From Candidatus Latescibacterota bacterium (GTDB lineage Bacteria > Latescibacterota > UBA2968), in the NCBI GenBank assembly GCA_965208125.1, contig OZ242320.1:1440001-1504000 (forward strand): DNA of 64,000 nt, written 5' to 3'. A program made the position numbers and the translations under genes. Under the pieces are notes generated by a model. That model was not told the origin of the DNA. It saw nothing but the letters and a program-made list of their open reading frames with translations, and did not search any database. This document shows, piece after piece, positions 49,760-61,705 of the stretch (position 1 is its first letter; every line of letters begins with the position of its first letter).

Positions 49760-50230
49760 TCATTTGTGGTAATTTTCACCTCTGATAATCGTGAAAGCGC
49801 GATAGAGTTGCTCCAGCAAAATAACGCGCGCCAATTCGTGTGGAAAAGTCATAGGTGAAAGTGACAGGTGCCAATCTGCACGCGACAAAACTCGAGATGC
49901 AAGCCCAAAAGGGCCGCCAATAAGAAAAACGAGGCGGCTTTTTCTTTGTACGCGCAGATGGTTCAGGCGTTTGGCCAGGGCTTCAGAACGACACAATTTG
50001 CCAGAAGGCCCAAGAGCAACCACAGTGGCATCTGGATGCAGCGCGCTTAAAAGGCGATGGCCTTCTTTCTCGATAATATCAGACACACGAACATTTTTGC
50101 CCGCGCGCTCTTCGCGCACTTCAATCTCATCATAAGCGACATAGTGTTGCAGCCGCTTGATATAATTTTGTGCGGCGTCTCGATAACAGGCGTCTTTGAA
50201 CTTACCCACAGTGAGCAAAGTGATCTGCAT
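49760..50230 (-). CDS. rlmH: 23S rRNA m3Psi1915 methyltransferase
   Basis: VGK, FLIGGPFG, SLSPMTFPHELARVILLEQLYRA..YHK. Confidence 0.95.
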   Translation of the reverse strand: MQITLLTVGKFKDACYRDAAQNYIKRLQHYVAYDEIEVREERAGKNVRVSDIIEKEGHRLLSALHPDATVVALGPSGKLCRSEALAKRLNHLRVQRKSRLVFLIGGPFGLASRVLSRADWHLSLSPMTFPHELARVILLEQLYRAFTIIRGENYHK

Positions 50231-50349
50231 ATTTGCCATTATACACAGATTGGATATGTTTTACAAGAAACTTGTTCACCGCCCCAAAAAACGGTATAAT
50301 ATCAAGATGCAAAAATTTTCTCTCACCCCTTCTACGCGGAAGTGAACGC

Positions 50350-52122
50350 ATGCTTTCTCGATTTTTGACATTTTTTACGATCTGCATGCTACATGGATTG
50401 ACCAGTGCCGAGTTGTACATGTCCGTCGATGATATCCAGCGCGGCATGAAAGGCGTGGGGCGCACGGTATTTCAAGGCACCCGCATCGATACATTTGGCG
50501 TTGAAGTATTAGGCGTCTTACGCAATGTCTTTGGTCCCAAAAGCGATATGATTCTCGCTCGTCTGTCCGGCGGTCCCATGGCGCAAACCGGCGTCATCGC
50601 TGGCATGAGTGGCAGCCCGGTATATATCGAAGGCAAACTCGTCGGGGCAGTCGGCTACAGTATTGGTGCATTCGCAGAAGAGCCTATCGCGGGGATCACG
50701 CCAATTGGCGAGATGATGACGGTACTCCAGCGCGCATCGCGGGATACCATGTCGAGCGCGACATTTGGATCCGCGCCCTGGGATGGACAAATAGCTGGTG
50801 TACACGGCGGTGTGTTAAAACCCGTGGCTGTACCTTTGATGCTTTCGGGATTTGCCCCGCAAGTAGTCGCGGAATTTCGCGAAGAGCTGTCAAAATACGG
50901 CCTGTTGCCCATGCAGGGCGGCGGCGGAACAGACCCATCTCTATCTGTCGGTCCCTTTGAACCTGGCGCACCTCTGGGTGTGCAATTGGTTCGGGGCGAT
51001 CTCAGTGTCACGGGCATTGGCACGCTGACGCATCGCGTGGGTAATAAAGTCGTGGGGTTTGGTCATCCTCTGTTATTTGGCGGTCGCACGGCCATGTCTA
51101 TGACCGCAGCATTTATTCATGAAGTAATCTCCAGCCAGATGCTTTCGTTTAAGGTGGGCACTGCATCGCAACATATCGGTGTGATATTACAAGACCGCGC
51201 ACCGGGCATTGCTGGCTTGATAGGATCTGAAGCAGAAATGATGCCGGTGCGTATCTCTATCGCATCTCCCAACCACGACGCCTCGTTTAATATGGAGGTA
51301 TTTCGCCACAGAGAATTAGGTCCGTTGCTGGTGCGGATGGCTGTAGCGACCTCGGTTATCTCCGCTGAAAAATTGACGGGTGAAACCACTGTCGCAGGGC
51401 AATTGACATTGCACATGCCCAAACGCGAACCCGTGATAGTAAAAAATAAGTACGCAGGTACTCAGGGGCTTGGACTGGCGGTGCTGGGCTTAACACAACC
51501 CCTTGCACAGGTGATTCAGAATCCTTTTGTCGAAGCCAATATTGACTCCGCTGTATTTCAATTATCCGTTGAAGAACGCGCTCAAAGTGCCCGTATTGAG
51601 GGGCTGCGATTGGATCGTTTGCAATACGAACCGGGCGATACAGTACATGTCTCTGTTGCCCTATCTCCCTTGCTGGGCAAGCGCGAAATCGTAGATGTCG
51701 CTCTGCCAATTCCCGAGTTTATAACACCAGGGCGTTTGATATTGCAGATTGTGAATGAGCGCGAACAGCAATTGCAAGATATAAAACGCACCGCATATCA
51801 ACCCAAAACACTGGGTGAACTGATTGGTCTAATCGAAAAATCGGGGCGCAATGATGTGCTCGTTGCGCGCTTTATAGCTTCCCGCTCCGCCGTGACAATG
51901 GGCGGACGCGAAATTTCGGGATTGCCCATATCGGTCATGTCAGCACTATCACTGGCGCGTGGATCAGATGTCGTACAAAAATCACAGCAATCGGTATATG
52001 CTCAAAAACACATGATGACCAACTATGTATTGATCGGCAGTCAAACGGCGATTCTGGTCGTAGGCAAAGACGGTAGTGCAACTTTTTCAAGCAGGAGAAG
52101 TTCGGGTGAAGAAAAAAGATAA
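50350..52122 (+). CDS. SpoIVB-like peptidase S55 domain exported protein
   Basis: GVIAGMSGSPVYIEGKLVGAV, GITPIGEM, GFGHP. Confidence 0.85.
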   Translation: MLSRFLTFFTICMLHGLTSAELYMSVDDIQRGMKGVGRTVFQGTRIDTFGVEVLGVLRNVFGPKSDMILARLSGGPMAQTGVIAGMSGSPVYIEGKLVGAVGYSIGAFAEEPIAGITPIGEMMTVLQRASRDTMSSATFGSAPWDGQIAGVHGGVLKPVAVPLMLSGFAPQVVAEFREELSKYGLLPMQGGGGTDPSLSVGPFEPGAPLGVQLVRGDLSVTGIGTLTHRVGNKVVGFGHPLLFGGRTAMSMTAAFIHEVISSQMLSFKVGTASQHIGVILQDRAPGIAGLIGSEAEMMPVRISIASPNHDASFNMEVFRHRELGPLLVRMAVATSVISAEKLTGETTVAGQLTLHMPKREPVIVKNKYAGTQGLGLAVLGLTQPLAQVIQNPFVEANIDSAVFQLSVEERAQSARIEGLRLDRLQYEPGDTVHVSVALSPLLGKREIVDVALPIPEFITPGRLILQIVNEREQQLQDIKRTAYQPKTLGELIGLIEKSGRNDVLVARFIASRSAVTMGGREISGLPISVMSALSLARGSDVVQKSQQSVYAQKHMMTNYVLIGSQTAILVVGKDGSATFSSRRSSGEEKR

Positions 52123-54133
52123 AATATTGAGAACAGGAATCACACATGTACTGCTTCTCGTCCTACTTGGAACAATCGCAAACGCAGTGTCGCCTAAAAT
52201 TTGGCGAGAAGATTCACAGACGGCTTTCCTGAAAGGAGAACCCAATGGCGTGTCACTCACGCGGGAAGGCACGGTTACATTGGCGCCATCCTATAAACGG
52301 GTGGCAGATACAGGTGAAGACTTTGTTTGGGCACTATCTATAGATAAAAACCAAACCCTGTACATCGGAACCGGCAAAGAAGGTCGAATCTACATGCTCA
52401 AACCCGACAGCGATCGGGCAGAATTGTTATTTGATTCCCCTGAAGTTCACATATTTAGCCTCGCCATTGGTATAGATGGCGCGCTCTATGCGGGCACGTC
52501 GCCAGGTGGGCTGATTTATCGCATCGCACCGGGACGAGAACCCACGGAATTTTGTCAGACAGGTGACACCCATGTGTCTGCAATAGTCGCACGCCCGGGT
52601 GGTGGATTATATGCGGGTACAGGTGGTGACCGCGGGCGCGTTTTGAAAATTGACAAACAGGGCAAAATTGTCGCGCTGTACGCGAGCAAGGACCCCAATG
52701 TGGTATCGCTCGCGATAGGTGCTCAGGGCGAAATTTATGCCGGCACAGACAACAGTGGCCTGATTTATCGGGTGCGCGATCAGGGTGGTGCAGATGTGCT
52801 TTACGATGCCCGTGAAAAAGAGATTCACTCCCTGAGTGTAATGCCCAATGGCACAATTTACGCAACAGCGATGGCGCAAAGCGGTCGAACGGAAGGAAAT
52901 GGGAGAGAGCAAAAAGGATCAGATCAACCCGGCGCAACACTGTATGCGATCCAACCTTCGGGATTGGCAATGCGACTGTGGAATACTAATGACCCGATGT
53001 TGTTAGATTCTGTAATTAGTGCCAATGGAACAGTAACAGTGGTCACGGGAAAATACGGCCGTGTACATCGCGTTTGGCCCGATGGCAACGCCACTTTGCT
53101 CACAGTATTAAAAAATGTAAATCCCTGGGTTATGGTCGCCACGCACAAAAATGCACTGTGGATTGGATGCAGTGGATCCGGTGAAATTTATCGAATAGAA
53201 AAAGAATTTGCCAGAGAAGGACAACTCACATCTGAACCTTATGACTTTGATCGGGTATCGCATTGGGGGCGCGTATCATGGCAAAGCGAAACACCATCGG
53301 AAACATCGGTCGCTGTTCAAACGCGATCCGGCAACAGCGAAGAACCCGATGATACGTGGAGCGCGTGGTCAGAGCCAATCACCACATCTGGAAAACCCAT
53401 TACCAGTCGCCCGGGGCGTTTTTTGCAATATCGGTTGGTTTTGAAGACACAATCAGAAAATGCGACACCTCTGGTGCGTTCTATCAAACTCGCGGGCTTA
53501 CAGGACAATGTTCATCCCCGAATATTACGGGTTAAAGCCGAGGCCGGTCTATCTGGCAACGAAGGTGAAAATCCGGAATTTATAGAAAAAGGCGTGTGGA
53601 AAATTGATTGGACTGCCGGTGATGCCAACGACGATGCCTTGATTTATACCCTGTATTTTAGAAGTATTGGCGAAACGCACTGGCGGCTATTAAAAGACGA
53701 TTTGAAGACCTCGCATTATTTCTGGCACACCGAAGCTGTTCCCGATGGCACAGTCGAAGTTAAGGTCGTAGCATCAGACCGATTGGACAATCCCGTCGAA
53801 CAAGCATTAATAGCCGAGGCGATCAGTGCGCCTTTTGAAATTGATAATTCGGCACCAACAGTACAGCTACACAACATAGAGCAGATTGACAAAAAGATAA
53901 GCGTAACCGGTTCAATTCAAGATGCTACCACTGCGATTCACAGGGCAGCGTACTCGCTCAATTCCGACGATTGGAAGGTCATCTTCCCCACTGACCAGAT
54001 ATTTGATTCGCCGACAGAGACACTGAATTTTTCTCTTCAAAATTTGAAAACCGGCTCTTATACACTCGTAGTGAAAGCGGAAGATGCACTGGGCAACGTG
54101 GGGGTTGGAAAAACCGTTTTTGAAGTAAAATAA
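52106..54133 (+). CDS. Exported beta-propeller protein with C-terminal Ig/FN3-like domains
   Basis: GTG after AGGAG. Repeated LYAGT..G.IYR blades, TRSGNSEEPDDTWSAWS, RFLQYR. Confidence 0.75.
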   Translation: MKKKDKILRTGITHVLLLVLLGTIANAVSPKIWREDSQTAFLKGEPNGVSLTREGTVTLAPSYKRVADTGEDFVWALSIDKNQTLYIGTGKEGRIYMLKPDSDRAELLFDSPEVHIFSLAIGIDGALYAGTSPGGLIYRIAPGREPTEFCQTGDTHVSAIVARPGGGLYAGTGGDRGRVLKIDKQGKIVALYASKDPNVVSLAIGAQGEIYAGTDNSGLIYRVRDQGGADVLYDAREKEIHSLSVMPNGTIYATAMAQSGRTEGNGREQKGSDQPGATLYAIQPSGLAMRLWNTNDPMLLDSVISANGTVTVVTGKYGRVHRVWPDGNATLLTVLKNVNPWVMVATHKNALWIGCSGSGEIYRIEKEFAREGQLTSEPYDFDRVSHWGRVSWQSETPSETSVAVQTRSGNSEEPDDTWSAWSEPITTSGKPITSRPGRFLQYRLVLKTQSENATPLVRSIKLAGLQDNVHPRILRVKAEAGLSGNEGENPEFIEKGVWKIDWTAGDANDDALIYTLYFRSIGETHWRLLKDDLKTSHYFWHTEAVPDGTVEVKVVASDRLDNPVEQALIAEAISAPFEIDNSAPTVQLHNIEQIDKKISVTGSIQDATTAIHRAAYSLNSDDWKVIFPTDQIFDSPTETLNFSLQNLKTGSYTLVVKAEDALGNVGVGKTVFEVK

Positions 54134-54819
54134 TGAATGAATTCGAAATCAAATATCGGTCAACCGGATTGCCTTTTGTCACCTTAAAACTGGCGCAAAC
54201 ACTGGACGGCAACATCGCCACCTGCACAGGCGACTCGAAGTGGATCACATCAAAAGCATCGCGGGTGCGCGGGCATCAACTTCGCGCAGAGGCCGACGCA
54301 ATCCTGGTCGGGCGCGGCACAGTGATGGCCGACGACCCGGAATTATCCGTGCGATATGCCGATGGATGCAGCCCGACAAAGATCGTACTGGACTCTCAGT
54401 TAAAAATCGGATCAAACGCCAAAATTTTTAGCGGGGCACCTTTGATTATAGCAACGTCTAACGAAGTGTGCAAAAAACGGATAAAAGAGCAAAAAAAAGG
54501 AGCGCAAATCTGGCAATTGCCAATACTGGATGGTCAAATAGACCTGAAGGCAGTCTTGCAAAAAGCCGCTCTATCGGGATTGCGGCACATCCTGATCGAA
54601 GGCGGCAGCCGCGTGGCTGCATCGGCATTGCGCCTGAGCCTGGTAGATCGGATAGCCGCATTTGTCGCTCCAAAAATACTGGGCGCGGGAATACCCGCAA
54701 TCGGATCTTTAAACATCACTTCAATAACCGATGCAATTGAACTTGAAAACGTAAAAGTCGAATCTATCGGCAATGATTTCTTGTTCACTGCTCGCGTAAA
54801 AAAAACGTCCAAAAATTAG
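54133..54819 (+). CDS. ribD: RibD reductase domain only (no deaminase domain)
   Basis: PFVTLKLAQTLDG, SKWIT, DAILVGRGTV..DDP, LIEGG. No HAE/PCxxC zinc motif. Confidence 0.85.
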   Translation: MNEFEIKYRSTGLPFVTLKLAQTLDGNIATCTGDSKWITSKASRVRGHQLRAEADAILVGRGTVMADDPELSVRYADGCSPTKIVLDSQLKIGSNAKIFSGAPLIIATSNEVCKKRIKEQKKGAQIWQLPILDGQIDLKAVLQKAALSGLRHILIEGGSRVAASALRLSLVDRIAAFVAPKILGAGIPAIGSLNITSITDAIELENVKVESIGNDFLFTARVKKTSKN

Positions 54820-54823
54820 CGAC

Positions 54824-55468
54824 ATGTTTACTGGCATTGTAGAAGAAGTGGGAATAATTCGGCACATTGAATCGCGCGCGGGTTATCAGCGCACGACCAT
54901 AGCAGCGAAGCAGGTACTCAATAGCGTAAAAATAGGCGACAGCATTGCCATTGAAGGTGCGTGCCATACCGTCGTACATTTTGATACCGACACATTTGTG
55001 ATCGAATCCATAGCAGAAACACTGCAAAAAACGACATTGGGTGATTGCCGCGTGGGTAGCCGCGTCAATCTGGAGCGATCATTAAAACTCGGCGACCGCC
55101 TCGACGGTCATCTCGTTGCCGCACACGTAGATGGCGTGGGCCGCGTGAAAAGCCGCACGGAATCTCCCGATCAAATTGTATTTGAGTTTGAAGTACCGTC
55201 TGAGCTGGCTCCTTATATTGCCCAAAAAGGCTCTGTCACCGTCAATGGAATTAGCCTGACAGTGGTTTCAGTAACCGATCGCACCTTTTCGATCGCGGCA
55301 ATTCCGCACACGCTAAAAGTGACGACATTGTCGGAAAAATATCCGGGTGACCGGGTAAATATAGAAGTGGATATGATCGCGCGTTATCTGGAGCGTTTGG
55401 TGCAACTCGGGAATGGAAAAAATAAGCTCACAGAAAATCGCATTCGGGAGATGATGGGCGACCAATAG
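54824..55468 (+). CDS. ribE: Riboflavin synthase
   Basis: [33 protein letters not shown]. Confidence 0.95.
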   Translation: MFTGIVEEVGIIRHIESRAGYQRTTIAAKQVLNSVKIGDSIAIEGACHTVVHFDTDTFVIESIAETLQKTTLGDCRVGSRVNLERSLKLGDRLDGHLVAAHVDGVGRVKSRTESPDQIVFEFEVPSELAPYIAQKGSVTVNGISLTVVSVTDRTFSIAAIPHTLKVTTLSEKYPGDRVNIEVDMIARYLERLVQLGNGKNKLTENRIREMMGDQ

Positions 55469-55485
55469 TTTGCAGGGAGATATAT

Positions 55486-56736
55486 ATGGGCAAAATCGCA
55501 ACAATAGAAGAAGCCCTCGAAGATATTCGAGCGGGAAAAATCGTCATTGTCGTCGATGACGAAGACCGGGAAAATGAAGGCGACTTCATCATGGCTGCGC
55601 AAAAGGTCACATCTGAGGCCATTAATTTTATGGCACGCCATGGACGCGGACTGATCTGCTTGCCCGCAACGCCCGACCGCCTCAAAGAACTCGACCTGGA
55701 CATGATGGTCAATACCAACACAGCGCTTCACGGCACGCCATTCACTGTAAGCATCGACGCGCTCTACGGTGTGACAACCGGTATCTCCGCACAGGACCGA
55801 GCGGAAACAATTCGACAATTTGTAGATCCCAAATCGCGGTCTGAAAATTTTGGCCGGCCAGGTCACATTTTCCCACTTCGCGCAATGCCCGGCGGGGTTT
55901 TGAGACGAGCGGGACACACAGAAGCAGCCGTAGATCTGGCGCGTTTGGCCGGCCTGTATCCCGCCGGTGTACTATGTGAAATCCTGAATGAAGACGGCAC
56001 CATGGCCCGCTTGCCACAGCTTTTGGAAATTGCCGATCAATTCGGCTTGAAGGTAACGACAATTCACGATCTGATTGCTTATCGCCGCCGTTCCGAAAAA
56101 CTGGTGCGCTGTGTCGAGCAAGTGGATATGCCCACGCGATTTGGCGCGTTTCAATTACACCTGTATGAAAGCGACGTGGATGAACGCGAACACGTCGCAC
56201 TGGTAAAAGGCGACCTTTCCGGCGATACACCCGTAATGGTGCGAATGCACTCCGAGTGCTTGACGGGTGACTCACTCGGTTCATTGCGATGTGATTGCGA
56301 AAAAAACTTGCACTCTGCACTCGAAATGATCGAAAAAGAGGGACGCGGCGCACTGGTGTATATGCGGCAGGAAGGGCGAGGAATTGGCCTGCGGGCAAAA
56401 TTGCACGCGTACAAACTACAAGAAGAGGGATATGATACCGTAGAAGCCAACCTGAAACTCGGGTTCAAGATGGACGAACGAGACTATGGCATTGGCGCGC
56501 AAATTTTGTCGGACTTGGGAATCAGAAAAGTCGTACTCATCACCAATAATCCATCAAAGCGCGTGGGCCTGGAAGCATATGGAATAGAAATTATAGACAG
56601 CACCCCGGTCGCCATTCAGGTCAACAAATGGAACTTGACATATATGCGAACCAAGCAAGAAAAGATGGGCCATTTATTTAAAGAGGACGAATTGCAATTA
56701 GGCGAAGAAGGAGATCGCGATGCCCAGAGTTTATGA
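55486..56736 (+). CDS. ribBA: DHBP synthase / GTP cyclohydrolase II
   Basis: [38 protein letters not shown]. Confidence 0.97.
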   Translation: MGKIATIEEALEDIRAGKIVIVVDDEDRENEGDFIMAAQKVTSEAINFMARHGRGLICLPATPDRLKELDLDMMVNTNTALHGTPFTVSIDALYGVTTGISAQDRAETIRQFVDPKSRSENFGRPGHIFPLRAMPGGVLRRAGHTEAAVDLARLAGLYPAGVLCEILNEDGTMARLPQLLEIADQFGLKVTTIHDLIAYRRRSEKLVRCVEQVDMPTRFGAFQLHLYESDVDEREHVALVKGDLSGDTPVMVRMHSECLTGDSLGSLRCDCEKNLHSALEMIEKEGRGALVYMRQEGRGIGLRAKLHAYKLQEEGYDTVEANLKLGFKMDERDYGIGAQILSDLGIRKVVLITNNPSKRVGLEAYGIEIIDSTPVAIQVNKWNLTYMRTKQEKMGHLFKEDELQLGEEGDRDAQSL

Positions 56737-57196
56737 AGGTCAGCTATCGGCAGAAGGCAAACGGTTTGGCATTGTGGTGGGGCGATTCAATGCATTTATC
56801 AGCAAAGAACTGCTCGGTGGCGCGCTCGACTGTATTGCGCGGCACGGTGGCGATACAGATGCCATAGACGTGGTATGGGTACCGGGAAGTTTTGAAATTC
56901 CCACGATGGCACAAAAAATGGCGCAAAGCGGTCGATATGACGCACTTATCTGTCTGGGCGCAATAATCAGAGGTAGCACACCGCATTTTGACTACGTATG
57001 CAACGAAGCCGCAAAAGGTGTGGCATCTGTTGGTCGCGAAACAGGTGTACCCACCATATTTGGTATTTTGACAACCGATACCATTGAACAGGCGATTGAG
57101 AGGGCAGGTACAAAAGCCGGCAATAAGGGTTGGGAAGCTGCACTGGGCGCGATTGAAATGATTGGCGTCATCGCTGCCTGGGAGTCCGAAGAATGA
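56720..57196 (+). CDS. ribH: Lumazine synthase
   Basis: [30 protein letters not shown]. Confidence 0.97.
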   Translation: MPRVYEGQLSAEGKRFGIVVGRFNAFISKELLGGALDCIARHGGDTDAIDVVWVPGSFEIPTMAQKMAQSGRYDALICLGAIIRGSTPHFDYVCNEAAKGVASVGRETGVPTIFGILTTDTIEQAIERAGTKAGNKGWEAALGAIEMIGVIAAWESEE

Positions 57197-57600
57197 TAAA
57201 ATCGAGACGCAAAGCGCGTCAGGCTGCGTTGCAAGCACTTTATTGGACCGCGAGCGTGGGCGATCCCGTGCAACAGACAGCGCAGACCATGTGCATCCGT
57301 GCGCGCCTTTCGGCATTGAGCTCGGATTTTGCGATAAATCTGGCCCAAACAGCCTGGGAGCACCGCGAAGAACTGGACGCATCTATTGAACCCGTGCTGG
57401 AAAACTGGTCATTAGACCGAGTTTCGCGCATCGACCGAATCGTGCTCTGGATGGCACTTGCGGAAATGCGCTATTTCGAAGATATTCCCTACAAAGTCTC
57501 TATTGACGAAGCCATAGAACTGGCCAAGCAATTTAGCGAAGCCAATGCTTCTAACTTTATCAACGGTATTCTCGACACCCTATCCAAAGAGTATCTATGA
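57193..57600 (+). CDS. nusB: Transcription antitermination factor
   Basis: [31 protein letters not shown]. Confidence 0.95.
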   Translation: MIKSRRKARQAALQALYWTASVGDPVQQTAQTMCIRARLSALSSDFAINLAQTAWEHREELDASIEPVLENWSLDRVSRIDRIVLWMALAEMRYFEDIPYKVSIDEAIELAKQFSEANASNFINGILDTLSKEYL

Positions 57601-57615
57601 AAGCAAAAAAATCCA

Positions 57616-58350
57616 ATGGATAATATTGGACGCATTGCGATTTTCTCAGATGTACACGGAAATCTCGAAGCCTTGCAAACCGTACTGGAAAAAATTTCAG
57701 AAGCGCAGGTAGATCGAATTGTTTGTTTGGGCGATATGGTTGGGTACGGCGCAGACCCCAATATGTGTATAGAACGCGTGCGCGAAGTATCGGACCTCGT
57801 ACTTGCGGGCAATCACGACTGGGCAGCTGTGGGCCTGGAAGACCCGGGGTTTTTTAATCCCGTGGCACTGGCGGCGATTCAATGGACTGTTCAGATGCTC
57901 AGTGATGAAAACGCCTCGCTGTTGCGTTCTTACCAACCCTTTCAAAATGAATCTACTTGTTGTTATGCCCACGCTTCGCCAATTGAACCCGAGTTATGGC
58001 ACTATTTATTCGACCCCGAAGATGGCTGGCTAATGCTCGCACAAACCAACTTTGAGATGTGTTTTGTCGGTCATTCTCACCGCGCATTTGTGTGCTCGGC
58101 ATCTCAAAAAACAGTACTTATGCACGAAGGAGAAGTGCAATTGTCCGACAATGACCGTTATCTCGTAAATGTCGGCAGTGTGGGACAACCTCGCGACGGT
58201 GATGCGCGAGCGGCTTTTGTCGTGTGGGATCGAGAAAAAGGGAACCTCCAATTGCGCCGCGTGTCTTACGATGTGGCAACAGCACAGGCCAAAATTCTAT
58301 CCGCGGGACTTCCGCCTTTTTTGGCCGAACGCATCGAACTTGGGATGTGA
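57616..58350 (+). CDS. Metallophosphoesterase
   Basis: SDVHGN, LGDMVGYG, GNHD, GHSH, NVGSVGQPRDGD. Confidence 0.9.
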   Translation: MDNIGRIAIFSDVHGNLEALQTVLEKISEAQVDRIVCLGDMVGYGADPNMCIERVREVSDLVLAGNHDWAAVGLEDPGFFNPVALAAIQWTVQMLSDENASLLRSYQPFQNESTCCYAHASPIEPELWHYLFDPEDGWLMLAQTNFEMCFVGHSHRAFVCSASQKTVLMHEGEVQLSDNDRYLVNVGSVGQPRDGDARAAFVVWDREKGNLQLRRVSYDVATAQAKILSAGLPPFLAERIELGM

Positions 58351-58356
58351 GAAGTA

Positions 58357-58426
58357 AGGGACGGCACAGGGGCCGTCCCCTACGATGATATTGTGGTTTG
58401 TAGGGGCGACCCCCTGTGGTCGCCCG
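58357..58426. repeat. Inverted pair of GTAG-type REP elements
   Basis: GGGACGGCACAGGGGCCGTCCCCTAC (reverse complement of the 47959 copy) and GTAGGGGCGACCCCCTGTGGTCGCCC. Confidence 0.8.
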
Positions 58427-58464
58427 CTGACTGCTGACCGCTCATTATCCACAGGATAATCACA

Positions 58465-61400
58465 ATGAACTTCCTGACAAAAATTTTCGGTAGCAAACAC
58501 GATCGGGACGTAAAGAAAATGCAACCGATTGTGGATGAAATTAATCAACTCTACGAAGAATATGCCTCTTTGTCCGACGAGGAATTAAAAGGCAAAACAA
58601 CAGAATTTCGCACGCGCATTGCCGAAGCGACTGATGATGCTCAAAAACATCTCATCCAGCTCAAGGAAGAAATGGCCGCGTTGCAACGAGACGAAGACCG
58701 CACCGAACAATTGGAAGCCATTGCCGAAATCGAAGCTGAAATCAAGGATATTGAGCGCGATGTGCTCGATGAAATTCATCCAGAGGCATTTGCCGTCTTT
58801 AAGGAAACGTGTCGGCGCTTCAAAGAGCGGGAGAAGTCCTGGGACCGGGCTGGCGATCAAATCGTATGGCATGAAATACCTTATGACGTGCAATTAATCG
58901 GTGCCACCGTATTGCATCAGGGCAAGATCGCCGAAATGGCCACGGGCGAAGGCAAGACATTGGCCGCGGGCCTGGCTTTGTACCTGAATGGCTTGCTCGG
59001 GCGCGGCGTACATCTCGTCACCGTAAACTCCTACCTCGCCAAGCGCGACGCCATGTGGCTGGGACCCGTGTATTTATTCCTGGGCCTCACCGTAGGCGTG
59101 ATACAGGATCGCGCATTGGGCGTGGAAGGTTTTATTATGGAAGAAGAGGGAAAAGACGGGTATCGCATGCGCGTGTGCGACCACAAAGACGCCTGTCTTA
59201 TGGATATCGTGTACGGCACAAAAGACCAGTTTGGTTTTGATTACCTCTACGATAACATGGCGATTCGCCCCGAAGACCTGATACAGCGCGAGCACTATTT
59301 TGCAATTATTGACGAGGTAGATAGCATCCTGATCGACGAGGCGCGCACACCACTGATTATTTCGGGACCCGTGTCGGAATCCACATCGCATCGGTATGAA
59401 GAAATGCGTCCGCTGGTCGAAAAATTGGTGCGAGCGCAAACCCGAGTCGTAAACAATATTTTAAAAGAAGCAGAAGAAGAACTCGAATCCGGCGATGAAT
59501 ACGAGGCCGGCATCTTGTTATTGCAGGTTCAGCGCGGAATGCCCAAAAACGGGCGCTTTATGAAGCGACTTCAAGAAGAGGGCATTAAGCGCCTCGTACA
59601 GCGGGTTGAATCCGATTATATCCGCGACAAGCGCACCGGGGAACTGGACGAAGACCTCTATTTCAGCATCGACGAAAAAAGCCACATCATCGACCTGACA
59701 GAAAAGGGACGCGATGAAATCAGCCGCAATCCAGACGATTTTGTATTGCCAGACCTCGATGAAGTACTTCGGGATATCGAAGAAAATAAATCGCTATCCG
59801 ATTCAGAAAAAGACCACGCAAAAGAAGCCGCCTATCAGGATTATGGAGAAAAAAATGAGTCTATCCACAGCGTGCGAAAATTGTTACAAGCCTATTCTCT
59901 ATACGAAAAAGACGTGCAATACATGATCGACGACGGCAAGGTTGTCATCGTCGATGAATTTACGGGACGGCCACAGCCCGGACGCCGTTTTGCCGATGGA
60001 TTGCACCAGGCATTGGAAGCAAAAGAAAAGGTAAAAGTCGAACGCGACACGCAAACAGTGGCAACCATTACGTTGCAAAATTACTTCAGACTCTATGACC
60101 GACTGGCGGGAATGACGGGCACTGCCGAAACAGAAGCCGAAGAATTTCATCAAATCTACAAGCTCGATGTGGTGGCAATCCCAACGCATGAGCCAGTGCG
60201 CCGCATCGACTTCAACGACTGGATATACCGCACAAAACGCGAAAAATACAATGCCTTGCTCGATGAAATCGTGCATTTGCACGAACAAAAACTGCCAGTC
60301 CTGGTCGGCACAATTTCCGTTGAAACCTCCGAATTGATTTCGCGGATGCTCACGCGCAAAAAAATCAAACACCAGGTACTCAATGCCCGACAAAATGTAC
60401 AAGAAGCGCAGATCATCGCGCAGGCCGGGCAACCCGGTGCCGTGACAATAGCAACCAACATGGCCGGGCGCGGTACAGATATCAAACTGGGCCCCGGCGT
60501 CATAAAAGCACCCGAAGAACACCAGTGCGCATTGATTTCAGATCCCGATAACACCCGGCCCCTGTGTCCGTACATAGACAAATACGGATGTCGAGATGAA
60601 GTCCCGTGTGGATTGAATATTATCGGCACCGAACGACACGAATCCCGGCGCATCGACCGGCAGCTTCGCGGTCGCTCTGGGCGGCAAGGGGACCCGGGAA
60701 GTTCGCGGTTTTTCATCTCACTGGAAGACGATTTGATGCGTCTATTTGGATCCGAGCGCATCGCCCGCGTCATGGACCGCCTAGGCGCCGAAGAAGGCGA
60801 AGTGATCGAACACAGCTGGGTGACAAAATCCATTGAAACCGCGCAAAAACGGGTTGAAGCGCGCAACTTTGAATTTCGGAAACAGGTGCTGGATTACGAC
60901 GACGTCATGAATCAACAGCGCGAAGTGATTTACGACAGACGCAGACACGCGCTGGAAGAAGAAGATATATCGGCGATGATCAGCGAAATGATCGACGAAA
61001 CCGTCGATGCACTACTCGATATTCATATACCGCCCGACGCACATCCCGAAGACTGGAATTTTGATGGCTTGATGGAAGATTTGCGCAATGTGTTTTTGCA
61101 AGCACCCGTCATACCCGATGAAGACCTGTCCCAATTGCGCGAAGCGGGTTTGAGAGATCGCGTGTTGCGCGGGATTCGCGAGGCTTATGATCGCCGCGAA
61201 AGAGTCCTTGGAGAAGACCGCATGCGCCAGATAGAACGCATGATTTACCTGAGCGTCTTTGATGAAAAATGGAAAGAACACCTCCGCGAGATGGACGATC
61301 TGAAAGAGGGCATTGGCCTTCGCGGTTATGGACAAAAAAATCCATTGATCGAGTACAAGCGCGAAGGTTATGAAATGTTTGTGGCATTGCTCGAAGACAT

Positions 61401-61683
61401 CAACCGCGAAACATTGCGACTGTTATTCCGCATTTCCGTCGAAGAAACACCCGCACAACCGCGCACCCAACAGCCCGCACGTCTGTCATTGGAACACCGC
61501 GATGCCACGGGAATGGGCTTTGCCGGCATGCCCGAACCGGGTGCCGAGGAATTGACCGCCAATTCCACAGAAGGCGATACGCCCAAAAAACAGCCGGTGC
61601 GCGTTGAAAAAAAGGTAGGACGAAACGCGCCATGTCCGTGTGGAAGTGGAAAGAAGTACAAACACTGCCATGGAAGAGTTTGA
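58465..61683 (+). CDS. secA: Preprotein translocase ATPase SecA
   Basis: [52 protein letters not shown]-terminal [14 protein letters not shown]. Confidence 0.98.
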   Translation: MNFLTKIFGSKHDRDVKKMQPIVDEINQLYEEYASLSDEELKGKTTEFRTRIAEATDDAQKHLIQLKEEMAALQRDEDRTEQLEAIAEIEAEIKDIERDVLDEIHPEAFAVFKETCRRFKEREKSWDRAGDQIVWHEIPYDVQLIGATVLHQGKIAEMATGEGKTLAAGLALYLNGLLGRGVHLVTVNSYLAKRDAMWLGPVYLFLGLTVGVIQDRALGVEGFIMEEEGKDGYRMRVCDHKDACLMDIVYGTKDQFGFDYLYDNMAIRPEDLIQREHYFAIIDEVDSILIDEARTPLIISGPVSESTSHRYEEMRPLVEKLVRAQTRVVNNILKEAEEELESGDEYEAGILLLQVQRGMPKNGRFMKRLQEEGIKRLVQRVESDYIRDKRTGELDEDLYFSIDEKSHIIDLTEKGRDEISRNPDDFVLPDLDEVLRDIEENKSLSDSEKDHAKEAAYQDYGEKNESIHSVRKLLQAYSLYEKDVQYMIDDGKVVIVDEFTGRPQPGRRFADGLHQALEAKEKVKVERDTQTVATITLQNYFRLYDRLAGMTGTAETEAEEFHQIYKLDVVAIPTHEPVRRIDFNDWIYRTKREKYNALLDEIVHLHEQKLPVLVGTISVETSELISRMLTRKKIKHQVLNARQNVQEAQIIAQAGQPGAVTIATNMAGRGTDIKLGPGVIKAPEEHQCALISDPDNTRPLCPYIDKYGCRDEVPCGLNIIGTERHESRRIDRQLRGRSGRQGDPGSSRFFISLEDDLMRLFGSERIARVMDRLGAEEGEVIEHSWVTKSIETAQKRVEARNFEFRKQVLDYDDVMNQQREVIYDRRRHALEEEDISAMISEMIDETVDALLDIHIPPDAHPEDWNFDGLMEDLRNVFLQAPVIPDEDLSQLREAGLRDRVLRGIREAYDRRERVLGEDRMRQIERMIYLSVFDEKWKEHLREMDDLKEGIGLRGYGQKNPLIEYKREGYEMFVALLEDINRETLRLLFRISVEETPAQPRTQQPARLSLEHRDATGMGFAGMPEPGAEELTANSTEGDTPKKQPVRVEKKVGRNAPCPCGSGKKYKHCHGRV

Positions 61684-61705
61684 GAAGCAATAAGGAGATA
61701 AGTCT

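Noticed and set aside
54000-54133. FMN riboswitch before the rib genes
   Set aside because: No intergenic space and no RFN motifs.
58445-58453. Perfect DnaA box TTATCCACA upstream of secA
   Set aside because: A single box with no cluster or unwinding element is insufficient for oriC.
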